Source: Botryllus schlosseri
Taxonomy: Eukaryota
Reading direction: 5' to 3'
DNA: 64,000 nt
Assembly (NCBI GenBank): GCA_051294905.1
Contig: CM119378.1
Coordinates: 4,404,001-4,468,000, forward strand
Shown: positions 39,001-49,628 of the stretch, in pieces
Layout: each line of letters starts with the position of its first letter
Numbering within the stretch: the stretch's first letter is position 1
The notes under the pieces: generated by a model
Database searches by the model: none
What the model saw: only the letters and a program-made list of their open reading frames with translations
Told to the model about the DNA's origin: nothing
Position numbers and translations under genes: made by a program

Positions 39001-41326
39001 AATGATTTTTTGCTCGTGCAGTCTCTAGCGGTCGTGCAATTTCACGGAACGAACCAAAAATAGCTGATTTCGAAACATATTGCTACCGCTTACACCCGTA
39101 AGCTGATTTTGGGCTTGAAAGAAGCAGAAGCAACATGTTTCTATCTTACTTCCATAGAACTTTGTCTTGCAAATAAACAGAAAAAAAATGACAAGTAAAT
39201 TATTGATTTTTCGACCGCTTTAGGTAAAATTGGGCACTGAATCAGGGGGTGCTAGGTCAAAAGCGTGCAGTGATCTTATGAGTGACAACTTTATATCGAA
39301 TGCACATAAATTGCAAATCCATATTGTAATCACAAAAACATCAATTCTATAATGAAAAAAGAACTTCTTCGAAGATGTCAGAATATTAGTTCGCACAAAC
39401 TTTAAAATCTTACTTCGAGACTTCAGTTTTTGTCTCTATGTTTAAATACCGACACATGGGCAGATGCTTCAGTCACCACTTTCACGTGTCTTTCCACTGC
39501 CTGGTTGTGGCTAGGATGATTGAGCTTTAATGGTGATGACCTTAGATTTTCCAGCTCGAGATCTGCCAAGTTTTTGATTACTGTTGGCTGCTCCATATCT
39601 CTAAGATTCAAGTTGACAATTTGGTGGATTGATTTGGCCTTGATGTATATCATTGGGATTCTGAACAATCTGATGCCGATGTCAATGTTGTTTTTAGGTT
39701 TCGGTTCATTAACATATTGTAGCAGCCCTGATTGTTAGTGCCGCAGGTGACCAATATTTTCGTAGTAACGCATGCTGTACCGTACTCTTCCTTGTTTCGT
39801 GCTGGATTGTCCAATGTATTGACTGTTGATGTGTGTACGTCTGGTTTGGGTTATGTTACTGGAATAAACACTTGCCTGTACCGTGAACAAAGGCCTCTAC
39901 AGTGGCGAGCATGCCAGGACCACGGTATGGACAGTGTGTTATTTAAGATGGATTGGATTTCGGCCATGACATGAAGAGATTCACATCTTTGAAAGAGTGC
40001 ATGGACTGTGTTGTCGGCGGAACTTTTGTATTTGTGACTTACGTTGAAGGAAGACAATAAAATCTGGGTCGATCAGAATCATAGTGTTGGGCTCCTGACT
40101 TTTGGGATGGTTTCCCTGTAAGGACGGTTGTTGCAATTGCTGAACGAGACATCGTGATATGGTACTGGGATTCTGATTCTGTATTAGTGTTCTGTGTCGC
40201 AGTCATGTGGGTATAAGTGAACTTGTTCGATGTCTTGCCGATTGTGATGTTACTTGCTTTTTGATCGTGTTTCTCCAATGCATTGGATTGTGTGAGAGTG
40301 CTTGTTAAGGCACTTTTCAAAATTGGTGAGAGGTGATGCAGCAGCCCCGCTTGCTACTGCCGCAGGTGACCAATATGATGGTGGTAACGATGCTGTACCG
40401 TACTCGTCCTTCTTTCGTGCTGGACTGTCTTGGCAAGCGGACTGTCTGCCGCTCGTCCGATGTGTATACGCCCGGTTTGGGTTATGTTGCTGGAGTACTT
40501 GCCTGTACCGTGAACAGAGGCCTCTACAATATCCTCCTTCAAAGTCGCCAATTGGAATCTGGTATTCAGTGTTTGCTCTGTGCAATGCGCACAGTAACTG
40601 CAAGAGTCTTTTGAGGCCTTCATCATCATCAACGAGCCTTCCCAGCAAAACCTTTCCGGATGTGCAAAATATCCATTTCGTTGTAGCACAGATAGTGCAA
40701 GGTTACGAATTCGTGTATCAGGAAGCTTTGTTGTACAAACTTTTAGCGCCATCAACTATCGAAATATGCATTTTTATTTCGAACCATGACGGAAAATAAA
40801 CCTCCATGGAAAATTGAGCGGGAGTTCAGATTGCTTGATGGATGACTCTGTCCACATGAAACCTCAATCAAGGCTTGATCGGTGAAATTACACGACCACT
40901 AGAGGGTGCACAAGCCAAAAATTATAGAAAATATTTTTTTGATATTCGGCACCACATATCAAGTGTCCGTTTTGAAATTAAAAATTTTTGATTTTTCACT
41001 CCCTCCTAATGTATAGTGTAGGTAATACGATTTATGTCAACAGCGACACGTTTTCTTGTTCCGCAACTACATTGTGCTTATATCCAAATTGTAAAAATAC
41101 GAAACTGGACCTGGAACTACTCGAAAAACAAGTACTTAGTTGATCGTCGAATTGCTAGATAATTAGTTTGTACAAGCTTAACTGGTATACATGTATTTTG
41201 CTTCGATCCTTGCATTAAAACGGTTTCTCTTTCCAGGAATTTCATCTGGAATACGACAAGTTAGAAGAGCGGCCCCATCTTCCCAACCTCATGTCCTTGC
41301 ACTTCAACCCGGCGCAGCATGTCTGA
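21031..41326 (+). CDS. CNOT2: CCR4-NOT transcription complex subunit 2; 16 exons, about 535 aa
   Basis: Phase-consistent GT-AG exons 21031-21075, 21136-21216, 23772-23826, 25150-25261, 26179-26361, 27442-27466, 28407-28560, 31767-31865, 31927-32037, 33234-33274, 34309-34348, 34408-34451, 34861-35030, 35732-35944, 37597-37741, 41237-41326 (1608 nt). Highly conserved C-terminus: KGIQV..DQYGVVGLLAFIKAAESDPTLVHLALGNDLTTLGLNLNS, PCRPQDVDYFVPSEYLTN, NOT box YGEDLLFY..NRDWRYHKDERIWITR..GTYYYFDCQNWRKVAKEFHLEYDKLEERP. N-terminal exons are less certain. Confidence 0.95.
21136..21216 (+). CDS. CNOT2: CNOT2 exon
   Basis: ttgcAG / GTGAGT, phase 0/0. Confidence 0.65.
23772..23826 (+). CDS. CNOT2: CNOT2 exon
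   Basis: VRQQQSSQFQAGLYASQQ resembles GQLSQFGASLYGQQS; GTGAGT donor. Confidence 0.7.
25150..25261 (+). CDS. CNOT2: CNOT2 exon
   Basis: GNNPGGFGQFSRSLSIP; TAGAAG tandem acceptor. Confidence 0.7.
25660..26105. repeat. About 40-45 bp minisatellite (TGTAGCTATAATTCTAATCTAGTTTGGAAAAAA)n
   Basis: About 10 tandem units; the same unit occurs at 10340-10655. Confidence 0.85.
26179..26361 (+). CDS. CNOT2: CNOT2 exon
   Basis: GLPPLSRS...GMSPTRGASPDILSLKQ. Confidence 0.8.
27442..27466 (+). CDS. CNOT2: CNOT2 25-nt microexon
   Basis: Strong pyrimidine tract + cAG, GTGAGC donor; required for phase (NQSFPSTQ). Confidence 0.7.
28407..28560 (+). CDS. CNOT2: CNOT2 exon
   Basis: GSENMT...LDIAEFPAL. Confidence 0.85.
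28610..28975. repeat. Interspersed repeat with internal AGGCC..GCGCA subrepeats
   Basis: Diverged relative at about 48845-49175. Confidence 0.55.
30381..31676. mobile_element. GACTCGAGTC-rich MITE interrupted by a CAGTGTTGGGAT-TIR element (30597-31448)
   Basis: The two halves rejoin to the family sequence; inner element has TIRs and a degenerate 8-bp TSD. Confidence 0.75.
31767..31865 (+). CDS. CNOT2: CNOT2 exon
   Basis: PFNLDQTEFPALAQR...KQPY. Confidence 0.85.
31927..32037 (+). CDS. CNOT2: CNOT2 exon
   Basis: LLNKQSGNSEFQIQNEDFPALPG. Confidence 0.9.
32295..32742. mobile_element. Penelope-like inverted pLTR pair with ORF end
   Basis: 32300-32500 is an antisense pLTR. 32526-32740 is the ORF end (QPTLCQQK..VYHLKIVH*) plus sense pLTR, matching 6740-6960. 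Confidence 0.85.
33234..33274 (+). CDS. CNOT2: CNOT2 exon
   Basis: cttgcAG / GTGAGT; phase fits. Confidence 0.7.
34309..34348 (+). CDS. CNOT2: CNOT2 exon
   Basis: ttttacAG / GTGAGT; GGLGNLNSLGSLD. Confidence 0.75.
34408..34451 (+). CDS. CNOT2: CNOT2 exon
   Basis: ISQSQQSSHQKGIQ (conserved KGIQ). Confidence 0.85.
34650..34817 (+). mobile_element. Penelope pLTR fragment
   Basis: Same family; further degraded copies at 10690-10800, 30230-30362 and 33095-33192. Confidence 0.75.
34861..35030 (+). CDS. CNOT2: CNOT2 exon (NOT1-anchoring region)
   Basis: NIPRSMLTDQYGVVGLLAFIKAAESDPTLVHLALGNDLTTLGLNLNSP. Confidence 0.95.
35732..35944 (+). CDS. CNOT2: CNOT2 exon (connector / NOT box)
   Basis: NLYHKFQSPF...RYGEDLLFYVYY...QLAAAAEL. 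Confidence 0.95.
36305..37232. mobile_element. Mutator-like MITE inserted in a GACTCGAGTC MITE (about 35983-37300)
   Basis: 9-bp TSD AGTCTCGAG; inverted ACATATGAGC motifs; TAACCC-like internal tracts; relatives at about 5060-5160, 6145-6260 and 26510-26710. Confidence 0.7.
37597..37741 (+). CDS. CNOT2: CNOT2 exon (NOT box)
   Basis: YNRDWRYHKDERIWITRAPG...NWRKVAK. Confidence 0.95.
38917..41008 (-). mobile_element. hAT-superfamily (probably hATm-like) internally deleted DNA transposon with transposase C-terminal relic
   Basis: About 80-bp imperfect TIRs (..GGAGTGAAAAAT..TTTTGATTT) and 8-bp TSD ATGTATAG. Minus-strand peptides LQRNGYFAHPE, LFRIPMI and HPSHNQAVERHVKVVTEAS..HRD. Confidence 0.8.
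39718..40528 (+). mobile_element. TRIM-like miniature LTR retroelement, 811 bp
   Basis: LTRs at 39718-39901 and 40337-40528 (TG..CTACA ends). PBS TGGCGAGCATGCCAGGA resembles a tRNA-Arg PBS; purine-rich GGTGAGAGGTGA precedes the 3' LTR; 4-bp TSD ATAT. Confidence 0.85.
41237..41326 (+). CDS. CNOT2: CNOT2 last coding exon
   Basis: EFHLEYDKLEERPHLPNLMSLHFNPAQHV*; AATAAA at about 41458. Confidence 0.95.
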   Translation, partial: EFHLEYDKLEERPHLPNLMSLHFNPAQHV

Positions 41327-42424
41327 ATGAAATTTCTTCTGTTTGTCTCTCTCTCTACTCTCTGTCCCTTTTTCGTGTCGTTACATGCCATTTTTTAAAA
41401 CTTTTTTATGGACGAACAGTTTGAAATTCATTTTTGCTTTAAAAGCAACCAGACGCTAATAAAACCCCCGCTGCTGGACTCGAAAATTATGGTGATTGGA
41501 AAAATAGTGTAGGGTAAAGGACAGGTGTCTCAGTCTTTTCTGTTAGACTGAATAGCATGATCTGCAACTGCTCAAGTATGTAGCGGGAGCGGCCCGTCGA
41601 GTCACTGTCTACAACTAGGGGTCAGTAAAGTGACGCTTTTTGAATATTTAGTAGAATCAGATTAGTGCAAGAATGTATACTGTTATATTCATGGTTCTGT
41701 ATATTATTGAGTCTATCCTGGAATCATTCTGATCTTGTCACTCGGATGTTTCCCATTGTTGAGATAGATTGCTATTGTGCGATTTCCCACACATATTTTT
41801 ATATATTTTCGTGCAGAATCAATCAAAATTGAAGGGAAACCGCCTGCATTATTTGTTCGTAATTTCCCCGTCTGTTCTTATCTCCCGATAAATTTTGGAT
41901 ATTCCCCACATCGTTTTGATCATTTCTATTAGATGAATGAAAATTGAAAGGAATTCCGCGAGAAATCTCAACGCTGAACGTTTAATGATGTGGAATTCTC
42001 ATTTATAGCGGGCGGCAATTGCTGAAATAAAGTGGTGAGGCATCAAATATATTTTATGTATCACTTGACCACGACCGAACACTACCATTCTGTGACCAAT
42101 TTGTAACGACATGATTTGTAAATCTGGCTCATCTCAAGTCAATTTCTATTGCGGTTAGTGCGAATCGCCAGAGAGAAATGAAGTTTATTGAGCTAGGAAT
42201 GAGTTTAATTTTGTGATGAAACCTTCGAGAGTTTCGACAGCAGCAACAGCTTTTCATTCTGCTTAAATCCCTTCAGTGTGCCGTTCCCGTTACCTCTTGA
42301 AAAGAGGCACCCGAAAAGTCTTCAAGTTGAATAAATATTTTACTGCAATGGATGTTGTATTGAAAGCTATCTTCAAGTTCTGTACCACGAACCAACTGTA
42401 TAATCATAATACAATTTCATAGTT

Positions 42425-42706
42425 CATCATCATCATTGGTTTATTAGCAATTTTATCAGTTCATTACTCCACAAAAACTGCGATACAATGAAAAGATAGG
42501 AAGGTGTCGAAGCGACTTGGAGTAGTCTATGGAATCAGACACGTACCTTGACCTAGGCGACGTAAAGAGGAGGCATGCACACTGAATGAAAAGTAAAGAA
42601 GATAGTATAGGAAAAAAGGAAGCAACAAGAAATGGGGTGGCATGTCATGGAAGGCGAGATCGATAGGTCAGTCCTGATCCGGTAATCTTGAGGATGGACT
42701 AGTATT
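42425..42706 (-). mobile_element. SINE/LINE-tail-like repeat, copy 2
   Basis: Matches 15143-15397. Confidence 0.65.
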
Positions 42707-42855
42707 CGCGAACTTTAGGCATATTTCCTTAATAACATCGGCTGACAACTATCTATTCAATTGTAAATTACAAGACAGAATAACAGACTCCCAAGGATAG
42801 GGGATTTTCCTTCTCAAGATCACATCACATTTGATAAATATATTTACATCGATTT

Positions 42856-44888
42856 CTATATCTTTGAATGTACTACGTTGGATTCACTGGTGTGAAATGT
42901 ACATGCACCGATAATATGAGCGTTGGGTATATTGGCTGACAATGAGTTATTGTGAGAATACAAACCACAAGAGAGATCGAACGTGTGGATTAATGATAAA
43001 CTTGAATCAGAACAGGCCAAGGATATAACCTTGTCTCCGATTGTAATAAGATTTTCGAAATCCGATGAAACAGAGGCAAAACTCAGTTTTGTCTCCCATT
43101 TACCTTTAAAATTTGAATATTGCATCCATTTCCTACCATTGGTCACATATAATTTCCCGTCAACAAACAATATATGAGAAAGATCTGTGTCGCGAACACG
43201 ACTAAATTCGGACCATTCGCAAGACGCAGGACTGAATTGCAATACTTTTCCAGTTTTTGGTGACAAAACATACACATAATTATTTGAAGATGTAGCAGTA
43301 AATACATCCAATCCACATCCACGCTTCAATGACCACTCGTTCGATATCGGTGTATACACATAAGTTGTATTTTTATCGAGAATGTATATGCAGTCGTTCA
43401 ACTCAACTACAGCAGTCATGGGTGTCATGGAATTGCAATCTGGAATATCTGCTAATTTCATCCAGCTGTTGCCTCTAGTACAAAATACAGGTTGCAGGCT
43501 TTAATCAAGCAAAGCTTTCCGTTTACAGAAAACACATGGCTAGATCTACTAAAAAGCACAGCCCTAGTATTAGCTGATATATCCGATGGAATATCAATCG
43601 TCTTCCAGTGTTTTCCATACATATCCATAACATATAGGCTACTTTTCCTACGGGTTCTCAATAAAACAGCAATTGAATCAGCACTTGGTATGTGACGTTC
43701 ACACACTCTATGCAATAGATCTTTGTAACAGGATAATTCTTTCATTACTGGGTTGTCAATAACATTATCATTGATAAAGCCTAAAGGAATGTGATTGAAA
43801 TCAATACTTCGAAACAAATCAGTGCAGATAGCGGTATCTGATGAGTTCACCTCCATCCATTTCCGTACCGCATCCCATTTGGTTGTTTCCGATAAATAGT
43901 TTGTATTATCATCGATTATAAGGGCTTCAACGTCATCTTTCTGAAGGTTTGAGAAATTCGACAAGGCCATAACTTCTCCAAGATGTTTCTTCATAAATTT
44001 AATGATGGGATGCCTAATAGATTCCATAATATCGGTACTGGCATTTTCATTCTTGTAGTGATAAGTTTGCTGAATAAGGATTATACAATTATCCACTCTT
44101 AAATTTTGTTTCATATCACTAACATCAAGAAAGAGTCTATGATGAATGAAATCCACACATTCAAGGCAGTCTTTGAAAATTGGCTCTTGCCACATACAGT
44201 TCAGTAACTCAGGCGATGGATAATCAACCAAGCGCAGCAGTTTCACAATCTCAAATATATGTTCTGCCCTGGTTGTAATTTCATGCTTGACCCATGCCAG
44301 GCCAACCTTCCATACTTCAATATCCTTTACTCCATATTCATGAATGTATTTTGATGATTCGACGTATTCCAACAGCATGAAATCATTACTGGTTCCTACA
44401 TTGAGAAATTGTTTACGAAAATACGTTTCTATTGTATCAAGCACACTATGGTTGGAGTATCCAGTAATAATCTGCAGCAAGTATACACAGTTTTCATCTG
44501 AAATGTATTTCTTGATATACCGAAAGCAGATATCTTTAACTCCATCCAGTTGAAGCATATCTGCACATTGCAATACTGCTCTAATATTTTCCAAATCAAT
44601 CGAGCAATCGCCAGTATACATATATTCCACCGCTTCTTTCATCGCATTTACTTCAACAGTTTTTAGTTCTACTTTTCCTTGATTTGCTTCTTTAAAATTA
44701 TCATTCAACAACATAGCGCGAAAGTAGTCCGAAAACGAAATCAGCACAAGCTTGTGCACGGGGAATACAGTCTCCTTCACATGTACGAAGAAGTCAAAAG
44801 CCAAATCTTCCGCACGAAGCCCTTGTACTGAATTCAGAAATCTCCTTTCATGGTGCCGGCGTCCATCATAATCTTCGTCTTTGGACAT
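42856..44888 (-). CDS. Kelch-like BTB-BACK-BACK-Kelch protein, CDS without introns, 1-nt frameshift at about 43482 (pseudogene allele or assembly error)
   Basis: 476-aa ORF has BTB (DFFVHVKETVFPVHKLVLISFSDYFRAML..EAVEYMYTG) and BACK. The overlapping 201-aa ORF has Kelch blades (VELNDCIYIL..YTPISNEW; YVYVL..FSPASCEW; FVDGKLYV). One extra T in TATTTTG fuses them (LYFCTRGNSWMKLADIP) into about 677 aa. Confidence 0.85.
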
Positions 44889-46693
44889 TTTAACTACTAT
44901 TAGTTATGAAAAACACAAGAACAGAATTAGTCTACTATACACATTCCATTGTTATATTTTAAAATGATAGGTGCACGATGGACCGACTCCGACTCCCGAG
45001 TCTTCAAAGGTACCGACTCCGGCCGCGACTCCGACTCCTGAGTCAAATCTACCGACTCCGACTCAGACTCCAACAGCATTACCAATTTACTTCGAAAATT
45101 ATATGCCACAGTGACGGTTAAATGACAATCATATAACCAATGGACATATGCAAATGATTACCAATGACATGCAAAATTTTTTCATTGTGGCACAGATCGA
45201 AGTATTCACTAGGCATGAAAGATTGCCCTTCTAAATTTCCTTATTTTTTCCTACTTTATCAGTTTTTATTACATGGACTCTCTAATAACCTAAATGTATG
45301 AATCATTCAATCACGGCTGTATAATTAAAATGTAGATAAAACAATCGAAGTGTTGCTCTTGTGTATGAGTCAGCAACTGGTACAGAGATGCATCTTACTC
45401 ATTTTCTCAATACACACTGTACTGATTACAAGTACATCACACTCTCACTACTACTAATAGACATTGGTCATAAACGAAATTTAGGAAGTAGTCAAATAGC
45501 ATATATGTCTAGTCTACATGCACTAGTCAAGTATTCAAGGACTAGGACTTGCAGTCTTTCTTAATCCTTTGTTCGACCCAAGCAGTTAAGCTATACACTA
45601 CAAATATTTTTAATTTTGTCAAGTGGGAAGGATCGTTTCGTTATATTTACATCAATTTCAAAACCAGACGATATATTTGCTCTGTCACAATATCATGATA
45701 TAATTCCGAAAATTGCATCAATTTGTCACTGCATCGCCAATATGCATATTGCTTCTTTCTTCTTCTATGCAACTGAATTGTAATTTACAAATAACGTCCA
45801 ATTCTATCGATGTCAGGGATGGCCAACCTTATCGACCAAAGGGCCACAAGAGATTTACGAACCATTGCGCGGGCAACTTGAATGTTGATAACCTTTTTTG
45901 TCGCCCGATAGGAACAAATCGAATTCGGTAACATTGAAAATAAGACTTACATGGCTACGCTTTAAAATTGATAACAATTATGTCTTGAAAACTCTGTGTA
46001 CAACTGTACAGTGTGCAGTGATGTCCTGGTCGCGAGAAGCACGAAATTTTTTCGAAGGTAATAAATGAATTCGATCATTAAATAGATTACTTGCATAAAT
46101 TGGGGATCGCATCTGTATAGCAGCGGGCTCATTTGGCAAGGACAGGATTATTTGACGTTTTAGACATAGCAATATCGACGGTTTCTGTGAACATGGCTCT
46201 GTCATTTGGTGCAAAAGTTTCTTCGCCGACGATCTCGCTTCGAAAGCACAAGCGAAGTCGCATGTTGGACGACACGTTATCTCCCAATTGCGAGTATAGT
46301 TGGACTCAATTCAGTAAATTACGCGTATTTATAATTTCCAGGAGGGTTTCCAATACTAAATGCAAGAAATGTGACAATAAATCGCGCGAAGTGCTGAGAA
46401 AAATTTTCAAGTCAAATAAATCTGCTACGGAATATTTTACTTTATGGTCATATACGAAGATTTGCGATGAATGTGGCTGGTCCCTGGTTACGCCAATGTG
46501 TCGTAACTGATGTTTTAGTCATCATCAAATTTCGCGGTCAGGCTAATGAAATTTTGTTCGGCGTTCCAATTTACCTGATGTTATATATAATTTCAAGAAT
46601 TACCTCGCATGCCACACAAAACCTTACTCACGGGCCACCTTTGGCTTGTGGGGTACGGTCTGGCCGCCCATAATCTGTATCACTACTAATAAC

Positions 46694-48310
46694 TAGGGAT
46701 GGTGTGAACGTGAGGTTCACGTTCGCGTTCTGTGTGTGAACCTCGGAAATTTAGAGGTTCGTGTTCACAACAGAACCTTGGTAGGTTCTGCACTGTGAAC
46801 CTTTGGGTAAATTGTAATTTTCACTCCAGTTTAAGATCTTTGGCTCAAATTTATTGCATTTCAACTGCGGGCCACTCAATGCATGGTGCTGGCAGCATAA
46901 CAAAATCAACGCTTGACGAGCATTAGGGCTGTTCAAAAATAACTTTTTCTTCCCGATTCAAGCCGTTCACCTCTTAAATCGTCAGGTTGCAGTAGAAAAC
47001 CTTGCTCACCAAATTTCACTCGATTCCAATCAGTAAAGGCATCCGCAGATCCAATTAAAATTTTTAATTTATTATGGAAAATTAAAAAAAAAAAATTCCA
47101 AATTTTTCTGCCAACCCCATCAAATTGTTGAGCCGTCTTCAAAGACGTTGCAAAACAAATTTGAGTCAATTCCGACCAGTAGAAGCGGAGTTATGTGAGT
47201 TATCCTCGGATTATCGTTGATTGGTGGATAATCCGCGATTTATCAACGAAAAACTCACATAACTCCGCTTCTACTGGTCGGAATTGACTCAAATTTGTTT
47301 TGCAACGTCTTTGAAGACGGCTCAACAATTTCATGGGGGTTGGCAGAAAAATTTGGAATTTTTTTTTTTAATTTTCCATAATATATTGAAAATTTTAATT
47401 GGATCTGCGGATGCCTTTACTGATTGGAATCGAGTGAAATTTGGTGAGCAAGGTTTTCTACTGCAACCTGACGATTTAAGAGGTGAACGGCTTGAATCGG
47501 GAAGAAAAAGTTATTTTTGAACAGCCCTAACGAGCATGCACCATGCACCTCGACAACCTTAAAAGTTTTAGTTGCTTTGTTGCAAAAATTTTCTCGGAAT
47601 AACCAGCTTTCCGTTTGTGAATATTTAGTGACTCTCTGCTGTGAGCTTGACCCGCAAGCGATCACGAGCGATCACGAGCGATATACGTAGTCGGCGAATG
47701 ATGCTTATTCAACCAATCAATGACATTGATATCATCTTCTGATGTAAAAAATCGAACGGGCGTACGGGTTCAATCTTGACTTCATATCTTTACTGTATCA
47801 TTAAAACCAGATCCATTCGATTAAGGTGCTTGCTACTGCTGCATAACTTGTTGTTGTTTGTGGTATCGGTAGCGAGTATTGAAACCCGTTGTACACTCTG
47901 CTCAATATCAATGTAGCAATACTCAGACTCCGAACACATTGTCCGGTCTGGCTAAGACCGTTAAGGCGTAAGCTTATATTCCTTGGTAAGTCCCCGTCGA
48001 AATTGTTGGCAAAGCGACGGAATGTATTGATTTTACACAATTATTATATCCTTTGATTACCGCTGTTGATACATTTAGCGGCGTTTAAAACGCCGATATG
48101 TACTTCAGCATTGTGGCATTATGTGGACCGAGTCTTCGCTAGGTATCGTGTACATTATTATAGGCTATCACTTTATTGGAAGATAGGGTTGGAATTAGCA
48201 ATATGACGTCACGTGACGTCACGAGGTTCACGTCCGTGTTCACACAGAACCTTTCAAAAAGGTTCGCGTTCACACGAACCTGAACCTTTCAGAGGTTCAC
48301 ACCATCCCTA
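46694..48310. mobile_element. Non-autonomous hAT element
   Basis: TIR TAGGGATGGTGTGAAC, 8-bp TSD CTAATAAC; an orphan right-end copy lies at about 58440-58656. Confidence 0.88.
46924..47529. mobile_element. Palindromic hAT-type MITE nested in 46694-48310
   Basis: About 280-bp inverted arms starting TAGGGCTGTTCAAAAA; TSD ACGAGCAT; related fragments at about 5160-5290 and 59950-60250. Confidence 0.9.
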
Positions 48311-49321
48311 CTAATAACAGTGATTGATGGTACATAAAAATCATATCATTGTTATTATTAGTAATTTAAAGTTATCTTTGAAAGCATTTGTTTTCGTGAT
48401 AAAGAAGTCAGAGTCGAAGACACGGTCATTTTCACAAACTCCTACTCCAGTCAGCATTTTTTTCACGACTCCGACTCCGACTTCAGCCACCACAGTTTTC
48501 ACGACTCCGACTCCCGACTCCGTCAAGCGAAAATTAGCCAAAATCCGACTCCGACTCCACAGCCCTGTGGACGACTTCGGTCCCGTGATCTGTTGTGCAA
48601 AAGCAATAGTCGACTGGTTAGCAAATTACTCTCTTCATGAACTGGCAGTTCGGCGATAGAGCAATTGCGACATTGTTCCACCTAAAATTCTGCGCTCTAA
48701 CCAGGCGCGTAGCCAGGGGGGTTTCGGGGGTAGGAGAACCCCTTCCTTCAGAAGGCGGAACCACCTCCTTAAACGCGAAGCCCCGTCCGTTTCAAATGAC
48801 CATTCTGACGCTAATACTTGGTTACAATTCAATAAGTCGTATTATCAGTGTTGCGTGCGGCCGGGTTGCCAATTAGCGTGATTCGTCCGCGCGCGATGCA
48901 CTGCACATTGCACAATGTAACGCGACACGATCGCCCGCTGAGATGATTGCGAAATTAGGTCATTCATTGCCGCGTGCTCGGCAATCGTTGCTAGCCTGAT
49001 TTATTGCGTTTCCAATAAGCCTAGTTCCGCTGGCTTGAATAATCGGATCTGCAATAGGCCCGGTGCGCACGATATCATCGCTGGATAACACAATCACATC
49101 TGCAAGAGGCCTAGTATACGAAAGATATCGCTAGGCTAACTACCGTGTCACGGGCCTACCGTGCTTTGGCTCCTATTTCCCAATGGCTCGGATAAAATGG
49201 CCGTTAAGTATATGCGGATTAGCGATTGTGATTAAAGAGTGACATCTCGAAACTGAATTACATCGAATGTCCGCAAACATATGCGACGCGTGCGTACATG
49301 CGTAATTGATTTCCTCTAATA

Positions 49322-49628
49322 CAGTGGTTCCTAACCGGGGGCGTGAAAGCATCTGAAGGGGGGGGGGGGCGCGAAGGAGCGGTCAACTGAAAAAAGTTTT
49401 CGCGCTCTGCCCGATTTACCTCCAATTCACGCCTGTTACTCAATATATAGACCTAATTTTGATATTTTTCAATTCTCTCATCAACAGTCATAACCTTCCA
49501 TGCCATCAAACAATCTGTTGAGGTTGCTATAGCATCCCGATTGGATTTTGTGATATAACGATAAGGGGGACGCGAAATTTTTCACTATCATAAAGGGGGC
49601 GTGTCTAAAAAGAGATTGGGAACCACTG
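49322..49628. mobile_element. hAT-type MITE (CAGTGGTTC family)
   Basis: TIR CAGTGGTTCC / GGAACCACTG; TSD CTCTAATA. Confidence 0.85.

Noticed and set aside
43458..43461. ATGA stop/start overlap suggesting translational coupling or a two-gene operon
   Set aside because: It is the Trp-Met (TGG ATG) of a Kelch blade read out of frame after a 1-nt deletion.
46933..47520. Two near-identical 78-aa ORFs on opposite strands
   Set aside because: They are the two arms of a palindromic MITE.
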